In this document: in pieces, positions 37,890-50,544 of the stretch
Layout of the letters: each line of letters starts with the position of its first letter
Position numbering within the stretch: position 1 is the stretch's first letter
NCBI GenBank assembly: GCA_051294375.1
Contig: CM119267.1
Span: 17,214,606-17,278,605, forward strand
Length of the DNA: 64,000 nucleotides
Source: Paraspadella gotoi
Lineage: Eukaryota > Animalia > Chaetognatha
Reading direction: 5' to 3'
Position numbers and translations under genes: made by a program
Notes under the pieces: model-generated
Told to the model about the DNA's origin: nothing
What the model saw: only the letters and a program-made list of their open reading frames with translations
Databases searched by the model: none

Positions 37890-38565
37890 AATCAAAATAT
37901 TTAACAGAGATTTCAGAAATTAGGGGAAAATGGTTTGAATCGCACACTCCTCCGCTCTTGGTTTGACCTTTTGGAAAAAGAATATACTAGTCATGTTAAA
38001 AACAAACCGATTAACAAGTCTTATAAAAATTTGACAAAACGTTTTTACGAGCTAAGAGTTCTGGAATGCTTTTTGAGCCTTTCCTTCTTTCAGATAGCTT
38101 TTGGACCTGGTTTAATACATATTTTCTAGTTTTACACAAAACCTTTTATATTGTAACTACATTCCCAATTGTACGGCCAGGAAAGAATTTACGGTTTCAT
38201 TTTTACTGGTAAATGGTCGGCCGGTCTTGTTTTGTTACGTACGAAATTCGGATTTATATAGATGTTGATTCTGTTAAGTGTGTTAACGTTTTGTAAAATT
38301 CGCTTTGTGATGTCATTTTGTTACTTTTTTAATTCTAGTCATGTTGATTAACATCTCTGCAGTATTCTTTTTAATGACCAATGTCTATTTATGATAAAAA
38401 CAAATCAATTTTCTGTTACTATTTTAGTTTTTTCCCACTCATTTTTAAATTGCCGTAAACGTTATTTTTTAAATAGAACGAACTTTTATTATTTCGATTG
38501 TCTTGTTTATTTCAGCTTCTGTTCCATTTGAAAATAGGGGTCTGTTTCAACCAACATTTTTAAAA

Positions 38566-39966
38566 ATGGCACTTGAAAAGGTTTCCTCCGTCAAAATGTA
38601 CGACGGGTTTCAGAAAGTGTTCAGTCATCTCAGCTCTGAGACGAAAACGAAAATGTCGTTTGGTATTTATCTTCCCCCACAAGTAGAAAAAGGTAGGCGG
38701 AGCATCGAATACTGAAAATTAAAGCTAGTCATTTGAATAAAAATATATTCTGATATAATTCTACAATCGTTCAGTGGCTTGATTGGCTAAGCGAATCGGA
38801 TTTTCCTTCTTTTTTTCGAAGGTCCGTGTCCTGTCGTTTATTACTTGTCCGGGTTAACATGTACGGAGCAAAACTTTGTCACTAAAGCCAACGCCCAAAA
38901 GTACGCCAGCGAATTGGGTTTGGTTATAGTTGCGCCTGATACGAGCCCAAGAGGAGCAGGTAAGGCTGGTTATGAACTTGTAGCAAAAAATTAGAATCGG
39001 AGGATGAGATTAAGTGTGACCCACCGATTTCGTTTTGTTAATTTCCGGTTTTGCGTTGAGGTGTGGACGGGGAGGACGAGTCATGGGATTTCGGAACGGG
39101 GGCGGGCTTTTACGTGGACGCCACGCACCCCAAATGGGCCGTCAACTATCGCATGTATTCTTACGTGACGAAGGAGCTCCCGGCGCTAGTCGAGTCCAAC
39201 TTCAACGTTAGCGCCAAAGCCTCTATTATGGGTCATAGGTTAGGATTTTGAATTTTTTTAGCGCGGTTATTTTAACATTAATTAGTTGTTAGATTGCCTA
39301 GAAACATTTTACGTTCGTGTCATTCTTACTAAACGAAACCAAAAAAATAAAATTATTCGTAAATCTTAGCATGGGCGGACACGGAGCCTTGATTTGCTTC
39401 TTAAAGAATCCCCAACTCTATGAAAGCGTTTCTGCATTCGCACCTATTTGCAATCCGGTCAACTGCCCATGGGGACAAAAGGCTTTCACCGGGTAGGTTT
39501 TTCCTTTCCCGTTTGTTGGAATTAAAAGCGTTTCATCTGGATTCTTCCCTATCTATTATAAGAATGTTTTCATCACTGAACTCGCCTTTTCTGTACTTAG
39601 TTACTTTTCCGATCCTGAAACTGGAAAAGAATATGACGCTTGCGAACTTTTGAAGACTAATTCGGTCGCCTCTAAACTGCCGATCCTCTGCGATCAAGGG
39701 ACAGCCGATGGGTTCTTACCGCAAGGACAGCTTCTACCCGGAAAGTAAATCGTGGTTACGTTTTCTTGGATCAAAAAGTCTGACCTATCCCTCTAAAATT
39801 GAAATGTTATTCGACTTTTTTCAATCTCAGCTTAGTGGAAGCTTGCGGATTGGCCGGAGTGCCGTTGAGCATGAGGATGCAACCGGGATACGATCACTCC
39901 TACTACTTCATCGCCACCTTCATGGAAGATCACATTCGTCACCATGCGAAAGCGCTAGGGTGCTGA
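38566..39966 (+). CDS. ESD: S-formylglutathione hydrolase (esterase D)
   Basis: [36 protein letters not shown]|SMGGHGA nucleophile elbow, [17 protein letters not shown]. Confidence 0.97.
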
Positions 39967-40253
39967 TCAGTCGGCGTGCCCTTTTTGGAACCGTTACCAC
40001 GCCTCGCGATGTCGTCGAATGTCTAACGTGATCAGTTTTCACGCCCCTGGACTTGGTTTGGTCCAACGCTTCAAAAACGCTAATCGATTAGTTTGAATTA
40101 TCGTTGTTAATCCGATTCCCTTTACGGCCAAGTTTATGATTTGCAGTTTTGAACCTAGTATTTCTATTTTTATACAACAAAAAATCTTTCCGACGATTTT
40201 CAATTTTTTGTTTGGTTTTTTTTAAGCGACAGTTGAAAAGACTAAAAATAGAT

Positions 40254-40872
40254 ATGCGGGTGGAAATTAGGTTTCTTCTTTGCGCGGTTTTCGTCGCGTT
40301 TTGTCTCGCGCCGACTCGAAGCGAAGAGGAGAAAGATTTGGCGCGTGGATGGGGAGAAAGAATCCGCTGGGTGTCGCTCTCCGACAGCTATGAACTTTCC
40401 AAACGCCTCAACGCTCCCATTATGGTGATTGCGGGGCGAGTGGGAATGATCGAGCGATTTGGGTCGATATCATCATTCGTTTTCATATCAGGTCATCATT
40501 CACAAAACCTGGTGCGGCGCCTGTCGGTCGCTAAAGAAACTATTCGCTGAGGCCAAGGACATCGAGGCGTTCAGCTCTAGTTTGGTCATGGTCAACCTGG
40601 AGGACAATGAGGTCGTTCACTACCTCTTGGTTTTCCTTCCTTTGCTTTAATTTGCTTCATTCTCTCCGCAGGAACCAAACGACCCTTCGTTCTCCCCCGA
40701 CGGCGCCTACGTTCCCCGCATCTTCTTTATCTCCCCTTCGACGCTCAAGGTCGACGCCACGTTGCTCAACGAAGAAGGAAACAAAGACTACAAATATTTT
40801 TACTATTCGACCGATCACGTGCTGGCCTCGATGAAGAGGGCCGTCGCCGCGGCGACCAAAACGGAACTGTGA
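40254..40872 (+). CDS. TXNDC12: Thioredoxin domain-containing protein 12 (ERp18)
   Basis: Signal peptide, LARGWGERIRW, HKTWCGAC active site, PDGAYVPRIFF and a C-terminal KTEL ER-retrieval signal. Confidence 0.92.
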
Positions 40873-41302
40873 TCTCTGTCGATTCATTTTTTTTTTACCG
40901 CGGTCCGCCTGGATACTAAAGGGTTTTATTATTCCGCTTCACTGGTTATTATTTGTTACTATATGACTATTTATTTTTAATATTTTCCAATCATGATTAT
41001 TCTCATAATTTTATTTTATCTTGTGCCGAATACGGAATGTGGCTAATAATATATTTGATACACTCGCGATTATACGTTGTACGATAGGCGCTTTTGTTAT
41101 TAGTACATACTTATCATTATAATCACTAATTTTAAAATCATTTTTGTTACGCCAACGAATTTTTTTTTAGATCTGAACGCCCATCGCAAGATCGTGGCGG
41201 GCGCGTTCAAACTTGTCTATCAGAGATTCCATTCAGCGGCCCGCGTTTGACGAATCCGGTTGGATAAAAATCCCCTTCTCAGCTCCTTCGTCCACACCCC
41301 TC

Positions 41303-43084
41303 ATGGCGACGTCGGAATCGCCCGTCGTCGTCATTGACGGCGCCAGACTCGAGGGCGGCGGGCAAATTCTTCGCAACGCCGTCGCATACTCTTGCTTGAC
41401 TCGGAAACCGATTCGAATCCACAACATCAGGGCGGGACGCAGCACGCCGGGATTACGTCCGCAGCATCTTACCGGGATGCAGATGTTGGCCGATATATCG
41501 GGGGGAAAGTTGATCGACGCCAATGTTGGCTCGACGGAGGTTCGTTCTCGAACTTTGAATATAGAAATTTTACCGAAACGCAGCTGAAACGACTAAATAT
41601 AATCATTACTACTTCATACTAATACTTAAAATTATGTTTAAAAGGTAACCTTTTTCCCCGGCGAGTTCAAGGGAGGTGGGGTCTACGAAGGAGACACTAA
41701 AACCGCGGGCAGTGTCGCTCTCTTGCTCCAAGCCGCCCTTCCTTGCCTTCTTCTCAACAGCGCTTCTGAATCGACTCTCATTCTCAAAGGTGGGTGGAAT
41801 CCAATAGGCGGACCTGATGATTTAGAAATAAAATGGAATCTTCTTTGCAGTTAATAGATAATGGATTTCAGGGGGCACCAACGCGGAAATGGCGCCTCAA
41901 ATAGATTTCTTCACTTTCGTCATGGCGCCCGTCGTGGAACGATTCGGCGTCAAGTTTGAGCTCGACGTCATCAGACGAGGATATTACCCCAAAGGCAACT
42001 AGACGATTTCGAGATCTGTAAACCTAATCCTCATTTTACATTTTATTTTTATTTCACCCGTCACCAGGTGGCGGCGAGGTTCGCGTCAAAATTCCGCCTC
42101 TCAAATCTTTGACTTCCGCGAATCTCTTGACGCGAGGCGAAGTGTCCAAAGTCTTTTGCCGGAGTTTCGTCGCCGGCGTTCTTCCTCTGAGATTGGCGGA
42201 GGAGGTCAACACGGCGGCAGAGCAAGGTAGTTGATCTGCAAGAGCGGCTTTGATTTGATCTTTAGTTACGTTTAAGTTTAGCTGTGCATGTTTCTTACGA
42301 TCTTTCCAGTAATTCGCTCACACGTTGGTGCCTCCGTCCCGATAACGACGACCCCCGTCAAGGAAGCCAACGCCGTCGGCAACGGGTGCGGCGTCACACT
42401 CGTCGCCACCACAACTTCCGGTTGCGTCATTGGCGCCGATAAACTCGGCAAAAGGGGCGTCGACGCGGCCACCGTCGGACGCGAGGCTGCTGAGGCTTTG
42501 TCGAAAGAATTAAGGAGCGACGCCTGCGTCGACGAACACATGCAAGATCAGCTCATAGTCTTCATGGCTCTCGGTAATTTAAAACGATTTGAGCGGTTGC
42601 TTTTTTTGTTAGTCGGACTTTTAAATTTATTTAGAATGGATTTATTATTTGTGTAATTAAACGAATTTTACCCCAAACAGCCTCCGGATCCTCATCGGTC
42701 AAAGTGGGAAAAATATCTTTGCACACTCAAACGGCGATTTGGGTGGCTGAATTGATGACTGGCGTCAAATTTACCACAAAGACTCAATCGGACGGCACCA
42801 ACGTCATCGAATGCCAGGGAGTGGGTGAGTTCTATTTTGTCATCCCTCACTTTTTTTGTCCTTAAATATAATCTTCCTTTGTCTTTAAAGGATACGAAAA
42901 CCCCAACCTCTCTGGCAAATTGGCGAGCGTTTACGGTAAAGACTGGTACACGCAAAAGGTGGAAGTTGGAAGCCACAAAAGGCAGCGAGTCGGCGAGGGC
43001 GACCGTCTCGCTTCCGGGTGGGAAGATTCCGGTCAAGACAAGTCTAACAAACTCAAGGACGTTTTTGAAAGTTCTGCCTGGTGA
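41303..43084 (+). CDS. RTCA: RNA 3'-terminal phosphate cyclase
   Basis: [36 protein letters not shown]|[22 protein letters not shown] (adenylated His), ECQGV|GYENPNL. Confidence 0.95.
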
Positions 43085-43253
43085 TTTTTTTTCTAGTTTA
43101 TTCACAAATGTTTTTTGTCTGTTAATTTAAAAATTTTTTTGGTGAATTTTTTCCGACATTTTCTTTAGATTGAAACCTTTGAAAAAGTTGTTATGCACTC
43201 TACCCCGCCATTGCTTTGATCTCATTTTTAAATGAGCGGAAAGGAGAGACGAA

Positions 43254-45334
43254 ATGGAATTCCAGACTACAGAAGCTGGCTCTGCCTTTTGGCAGGAACT
43301 TATTTCTTCCAGCAAGTTTCCCGCTCAGTGCAATCTTTCCGTCCATTGTCAAGGTAAGTTTAAAACAGATGGTGAGTTTTTATGCCTTTAAATATTTTTT
43401 AACACTTACAGATGAGTTAAAGGAATTGATGCGGCAAATCGATATTCTCATCAAAGAAAAACGAACCGCTTGGGAGAAATGTTTAATCGTCACTAAATCC
43501 CAATTAGAAAAGTCCCGCAATGAAATTGATTCGTGCAAAGCAGGTTGGCGCTTTAATTTCGATTCCCAATGCCATCGCCCTTTTGACGAATTGTTTGTTA
43601 ATCCTATCTTCAGTCTTGGAAAGAAAAAACGAAGAAGTCGAATCTTATCGCAAGAGGGCAAAGGCTTTAGAAGCTGAGAATCGTGAATCCGTCGCGATGT
43701 ACGAGACAAAGATCGGACGCGCCGACGAACAGCTTCAGCTCCTTCAACGAAACTACGAGAAGCTGCAAAAGAAGCTGAAGCGGCAGGCAGCTTTGACCAA
43801 AGAACGGAACGCGGCTCAAAACAAGGAGCAATACGAATCTATGACCAAAGAGAAAGAACGACTCGCGACGGAGTTGGCTCGCGTTAACCAGGAATCCGAA
43901 AAACATCGGTAATAAGGAGATTCGTGCTGTGGGTTAAATTTGAAATACTCATTTCTAATTGATAATCAATACTAACTCTAACTGCGATTAATTAATTTGG
44001 TTTGAAGGAAGAAACTGGCGGAAAGCGTTTCGTCGCTGGCTCAAGCCGACGCTCGCATCTCGAGTCTCGAAACTCGGTTGGTGACCAAAGATGAAGAGAT
44101 TAAATCCTTAAAGGAACATACGAGGCGTTCCGAAGTCGTTGAACAGATAAAAGAAGCCAACAAGAAACTCAGGTGCAGTCGAGGATTGATACGCTGATAT
44201 CAAATTGGCTACTAAATTTAATTTAAAATTTATTTTAACAGGTTAAACGTGGACGAACTTTTAGCGGAGAAAATTCAATTGGAGCGAAGGTTGACTGAAG
44301 CCAAAGCAGAAGAAGGAAAACGTTCGGCCGAGATTAAAACCTTGGAAACGCGCTTGGCTTCTCTCGCTGAAACTAATAAGACTCTCGAAGGCGACGTCTT
44401 TGAGTCGAGAGCGAAGTTGAGCGATAAGGGCAAGAGGGAGATAATAACGAGGATGGAGAGAGGAGATGGGGATTGCGCCGATCGTGGGTCGTTGAGTCTC
44501 GGCGCGGAAAAGGTTCCGAGCGTCGAAAATGATCCGGAAGAGCAATTCCTGTCCTCTCCGCTCTCGGCGCGTGAGAAGCGACTCCTCGACGCTCAACTCT
44601 CGGCGCTGAGACTCGAGAACAAACTCCTCAAACAGGCCGAGGACGACGAAGAGAGGACGAATCGTCTACGGCGAAAGACGAACGATCGGCGGCGAAGCGT
44701 GGAGGAAAAAATGAGAGGCTTGGAGGACGAATTGAGGAGGACGAAGGAAGAGTTGATGATCTCGGAGGAGCAGCGGGAGAAAATGGCGGAGACCCTACGA
44801 AGGTTGACTGCGGAAAAACTGAGGATCGAATCTGACAAAGGAGCGACGGAGGTAACGACGAAAAAGACACTCGAGGACGAATTAAGTAGAGTTCGTCGCG
44901 AAAATCGACTCATGGCCGAATACATCAGAGATTTCGAGGCTACGATATCGTCACAAGTTGCGGAAGAAAAAAAGACGGTTTCGGAAAGCGAAAAGACGTT
45001 TCAAGCGGCGCTGCCCAAAGGCCATAAAACATCGACCCCCGAACGTTGTTGGGAAATTTCGACTGAACCGTTACGAGTCGCGCCGCCGCCGGTTTTGAGA
45101 ACTTCTTTAGAGCAGCGTGATATTCAAACTGATCGCTTAGAAGCGAAGACTGCTATGCTAGCGGAAGCTGCGGAAATGGTGCCACCTGAAGTGTCAAAAG
45201 AAAAATCGCGTATACTTTCAAATTCTGACGAAATACTTGTTTCGTTGGACGAAAGGCTCAATCTTCATGTGGAGGAATTGAAAGCGGCGGCCAAGGCGAC
45301 GATTGATAAATATAGCGGCACTACTTTTAGCTGA
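43254..45334 (+). CDS. CEP63: CEP63/DEUP1-family centrosomal coiled-coil protein
   Basis: CQ|DELKELMRQIDILIKEKRTAWE and LQRNYEKLQKK match the CEP63/DEUP1 N-terminal region. The protein continues as a long coiled coil ending LDERLNLHVEELK...IDKYS. Confidence 0.8.
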
Positions 45335-46514
45335 TAGTTGCATATGTCTTCAACGTAAGTGTCTTTTAATTTTCTTTTAAAAAAGAGAGAAATGTAAATT
45401 TAACGAAAAAAATATTTTATTTTTTTAGATCGACGATAACCACCTGAAACTAATTCGAATTAACACCCAGTAAATGCAATGGATATATCCCCATAGAACT
45501 GAAATCGCTGTAAAATTTATCTAATACATGTTTCGTTTTTGTCACATTAACCTTTGAAATTTAGCCCTTGACTTCTTTACGTAGTTCATGCAAGTGCTCT
45601 TCTTATATTCGACATTTCGCCGTCAAATTTGTGAAAAAAATTATTATTTTACATTTCATGAAATAAAATATAATGTATGAATCTCGTTTATCTATTTTAA
45701 AAGAGCCTCTTAGAATAAATAGTAGCTACTCGCTGTGTCTAGCTATGAAGTAGCTATTAAGTAGATTATGGACTTCAGGGGTAACAAAAGAAACAAAAGT
45801 TCATAATAAGAATACCTGCAGCCTGCTGTATGATCGAAATACAAATACAATCCTGCTAATAGCACGCCAAAAAAAAAAAAGTTAAGAAATAAATTCAGGA
45901 GAGGGAAGATTTGTAGTTTGTAGTCCTCATCTGACAGTTCAAAAAATTTCAAAACACGCAACTTACAAGTTTGCTTTGCCGTAAATAGTGCTGTCTATTT
46001 TACTGTCAGAATATCATTTAAGTTGCCGAAACAAAGATTCTTTGTCAACAAGTCTCGTCAATAAACCGGTTTTCTCAGTAATTCTTTGGGGGCGTTTTGA
46101 AAAACTGTCGGTAATCGAGCATGGATCCACTGCGAAGCTAAGGTATAACCTTGGCTAATGTTCTTAGTACTTTATTTCAATGATAGGCTGCAGTCAGTTA
46201 AGCAGGAAACTTAGTAGATAACAAACCGTTAATAAGAAAGAGAAAGAAATTAATACCCTAAACAATGTCAAAACAACACTGCAAACTTTCGACGCCCTGA
46301 AACGCCCTATAGAAGTTTCACTGAGAGACAAGAAGACGACGACGACCAAATAAAAAAAATGACGACGACACCAACAAGCCGTCGAACCTGACCGCGAGGG
46401 ATTTTGAATTCGACTAAATAAAAACAACTGATTTCTGAGTCGATCTTTTTAAGACGCCAGTTGACTTCAACCCGATGATTCGCTAAAAATACTCGCCGAC
46501 GATCTATTTTCGAG

Positions 46515-49500
46515 ATGGCGTTGATCGTCCGTCTCCGTCGCCTCGATTTGTTCGAAGCAGCGTCTGCTTCTTTTATCAAAGTCAAATTCCGCGGTACCGA
46601 GCAAATCTCCCGGATGTTAACGGCGCCGTCCTCGTCCGAAACCGGGATTGACGTAGACGAGGAGTTGCGATGGTCGTTGGATGGTCGCCCTTTGGAGGTG
46701 CGCATGGACTGTGGAGGCTGTACCTTTGCTTCGCTCTATATTAAAAAAAATATATTAAAATAAGATTAAATAATATAATTATAACCTTTAGAAAGAAACC
46801 CTGACGGTGACTGTGGTACAAGAGAGGAAGTTTTTAATGCGTAAGACCTTGGGACGTCATGTGCGGTACATCACCGCTGGCGAATTGGAAGGGTAAGTCT
46901 TTCTTGGGGCAATTCACAAGAAACGGAATTTATCGGTACCTCCCTCGATGTTGTCCTTTTTTACGTTTGTAAAATGTGGTAGATGCTTATACCACATGCA
47001 TCGTTTAGTACGCAAAAGCTTTAATTTAAATTTGGGTGACTTTTACTTTCGCCGACCGGAGTTAGGGAGGGGTTAGGGTTAAGAGTGGATTAGGGTTAGG
47101 GGTGGTTAAGGTTAAGGGTTAAGGTAATTAGGTAATTTTTTTTAAAAAAATACGTATTTTTAAGTAGTTTTTTAAAATCCGCCAAAACCGCGGTGGGCGA
47201 AAGTAAAAATTTAGCCTTGAATTTCTCTACATGCATTTTCAAAAAAATCACCATAATCAACGGTAAATTTCCCCCTGCCCCTAGCGGCGTTGAGGTGGCG
47301 GAAAAACTTCGCGACTCAGATGACGACGTTCTTCCGTCTACGATTTCTTATGGATTAGGTTTAGAAGAGGGAGCGAAAGATGGCGCTCCGACAGAGCGGT
47401 GAGTCTATCAAGGAACAAAAGACGTCGAAAAGGATTAAATAACTGACCGGTGGCGAAATCAAAGAGTCTTATAAAATGCATTATGGAATATAAAACTGTT
47501 CAAAACCTTATATACTGTTTTTCTGATTATTGAATATTTAATAAAGACCTAAACTTCGGCTAAAAGGAATTCTATGGCTCCACGCTCATCGGGTAACTCT
47601 ACCCTCGTACAAGAAGAGCGCATTCGCCCTTCCTCCTCTTCCAATGCCGCTTCTCCGGGCGACACCGAATCGTCATTAGACCCCGCCGGTGCCGCCGAGG
47701 CATTCAACGAAGGATCTCCTCTTCGTGGACGGAGTTTTAAACTCGAAGTGATCATTGTCGCTTGTCGTGATTTAAGGTTGTTATTCATTAATATTTATTG
47801 GACGTCTGGTGTGGTTAAATCTTTATTTACTTTATTTATTTCTTATTTTCCTTCTTGCCGTTCCGGTTTCTTTCTTTCATCTTTATGCTCTTGCTTCTTT
47901 CTTTCTTTCTTCTTTTTTCTTGCATTATTTCTATCTTTCTCAGACTTCTTCGCGCGTCTTCATCTGGAGACCTAAACCCCCAAGGCTTTGTGAGCCTGGC
48001 CGGAATCCGGAAAACGACTTCGACGGTGAAGTCGTCGACTTCGCCGAGATTCGCGGAGGAACCGATCGCTTTCGATCTCACGATGCCCTTTCGATCCTTG
48101 CTCGATCGAGTCGTCGAGGTGCGGGGGTGTGGGAGAGAAGAAATAGGAAGACAACGAGACAAGAAGATTGAAACAAAAAAAAATATATACCTATGACATA
48201 GGCTATGAAAAGATATGAAAACAGAGAATGAGGATCATGTTTAAAAAAATTTTTATTCGTCCGATGTCCCGAAAGTTTTTTTCCACGACGACCAAAAATG
48301 AGCTAGAAAGTTGTTTACGAGTTTTAACACGGTCTTCCGTAATATTCAAGGTTGGAATCGTCCATAAAGCGGAGGGAGTTTTGACGAAGGAGGAGACGAT
48401 CGGAATTTGCAAGATTGACATCGGGACTGTGGTAGAGGCAAAGGTCAGTTTTATGGCAACAGCCGGGTTACCTGTGATGCCCCTTGGGATGGGGCATCTC
48501 ACTGTTGGCTTTGCGGGCTTTCGACCCTCAGTGACGCCTCCAGTCACTGGCGCGGTTACCCTAGGACGTTCTCGCTTTGCCAACGCAGAGGGAAGTCATT
48601 AGGACTGTGGATGGAACACTACGCCTGGGATGGTGTGTTCCCCCACTGAGCCAATGGATTTGGCTGAAGGATGGAGGACGTGAGGCCTGGTGAATATACC
48701 GCCACAGATTCATCATAAGCTCTCGGGCTCGCGATTTTGAAGAAGCTCGATTAATTCTTGAAAATAAAAACATTTGTTAAAAATATGCATTTTTACGATC
48801 TATATCATTTCCAACGCTTCCGAAAGGGTCACGCGTTTCGGCGCAAGTGGATTATCCTTCATAAACCTACTGAAATGACCGCGGGACCCACTGGGTTCGC
48901 CAAAATAGGTCAGTTGAAACATCTCGGTGAGCCGCATTTGAAAAAATTGTCGAGAAAATGTGGCAATTCTATTTCGTTAGACATTTGCGTGAGCGGGTTC
49001 GGTTTGGAGCTCGCCGTGAGAGACGACAACGTCAGCGACCCCGACGACGACGATCACGACGACGACGATATTGAGGGCAATCTATTGATGCCACCTGGTC
49101 GCTTCTTCTCGCCCTCGCAACGCCCCGCCAAATACGTCGTCCGCATCTTCAGAGCGGACGGATTACCGAGGATGGACGCCGGGTGGGATTTGGGGGGGGG
49201 GGAGTTGAAAATTTGTTCATAGTTTGGGGAGGATCACGTTTGACTTTGGCGCTAGAGGGGGTAATACAAAATGTCGGCGAAACTGTCGATCACTCAGTGA
49301 AACACTACCATCTCCCCTTTTCAATTCATCCTCCTCAAAAGCCTCACCACTGGAGTGACGCGCGTCTTCACCGGGAAACAGGCCGACCTCGTGGATCCTT
49401 TCGTAGAAGTCTCCTTCGCCGGGGAGACGAGACTCACCTCCACGAAGGAAGGAACCTTCCGTCCGGAGTGGAACGAGCAGCTCGTTTTCGACGATTTGTT

Positions 49501-50496
49501 TCCTTCGCTGTGTCAAAGGATCAAGTTCCAGGTTTGGTGCGACCTTGTTTTGGAAGAGTGAATCAGTGATTCATTGAGACCTTTCACAATTCAGTTATTC
49601 GACGCTGACACCGGCGGAGATAGCGAATGCATCGGGACCCATTATCTCGTCATCGACGAAATAATGAACAATCGGTGATATTTCTTCTTAATATATATAA
49701 TATATAATATAATATATAATATATATAACAATCGACGAAATAATGAACAATCGGTGATATTTCTTCTTAATATGAGTTAAAAATTAAAGGCTCAGAGCTA
49801 ATTTATAACTTTTTTTTCGCTCCCAAGTTTCAACGGTTGGTTGCCCACCTTCGGCCCGGCTTTCGTCAATCTCTACGGATCCACGAGAGAGTTTTCCTTC
49901 AGCGAAGACGAAAACGTCTACCTCAACTTTGGCTTCGGAGAGGGTGTAGCTTATAGGGGAAGACTCTTGATTCAGGTCTGGATCGATGGGAGGAAACTGG
50001 AGTTATGATTTTGATGTAGAAGCCTCGTCAGAACTGGTTGTCGCCCCATATCGTTGCTTTTCGTTATGAATTCAAGGTGGACGTGATGGACAGCGGCGCG
50101 TTGGGCTCCTCTTCTTCCTCCTCTCCTCGAGAACCATGTTCCGCACCGAACCGCGATGTGATCGGAGAGAAGCAGTTCTTGTTGCAGGTGAACAATAACA
50201 AATAACGAAATATTTTGACAAAACTTTTTAAAATAATTTGGCCAAGTATACAGTATGAATTCTTGTAAAAAACTTTTTCGACATCACGGACAAATCATTG
50301 GCGACACTTTTGTATTTAAGATTTTTCAAAAAGTAGAAACAGAATTTTTGAATGAGGTAGGCAAAGCAAACAACCACTATCACAACAACAACAACAACAA
50401 CTTCTTTATTCAGGGCGTGTTCTTTGACGCTTCTATGATCCACCGAAGTCACGAGGGCAAAAAAGTCTCTTTCGAGATCAGCATCGGCGATGAGGG

Positions 50497-50544
<48 letters not shown>

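Noticed and set aside
47061-47132. True telomere or chromosome-fusion scar
   Set aside because: The array is short, degenerate, single-orientation, intronic and bracketed by inverted repeats.
48460-48530. RNase P/MRP-like P4 words (GAAAGCCCG ... AACCCGGCU) on the minus strand
   Set aside because: The two halves are only ~60 nt apart and the other conserved regions are absent; the twister reading fits better.
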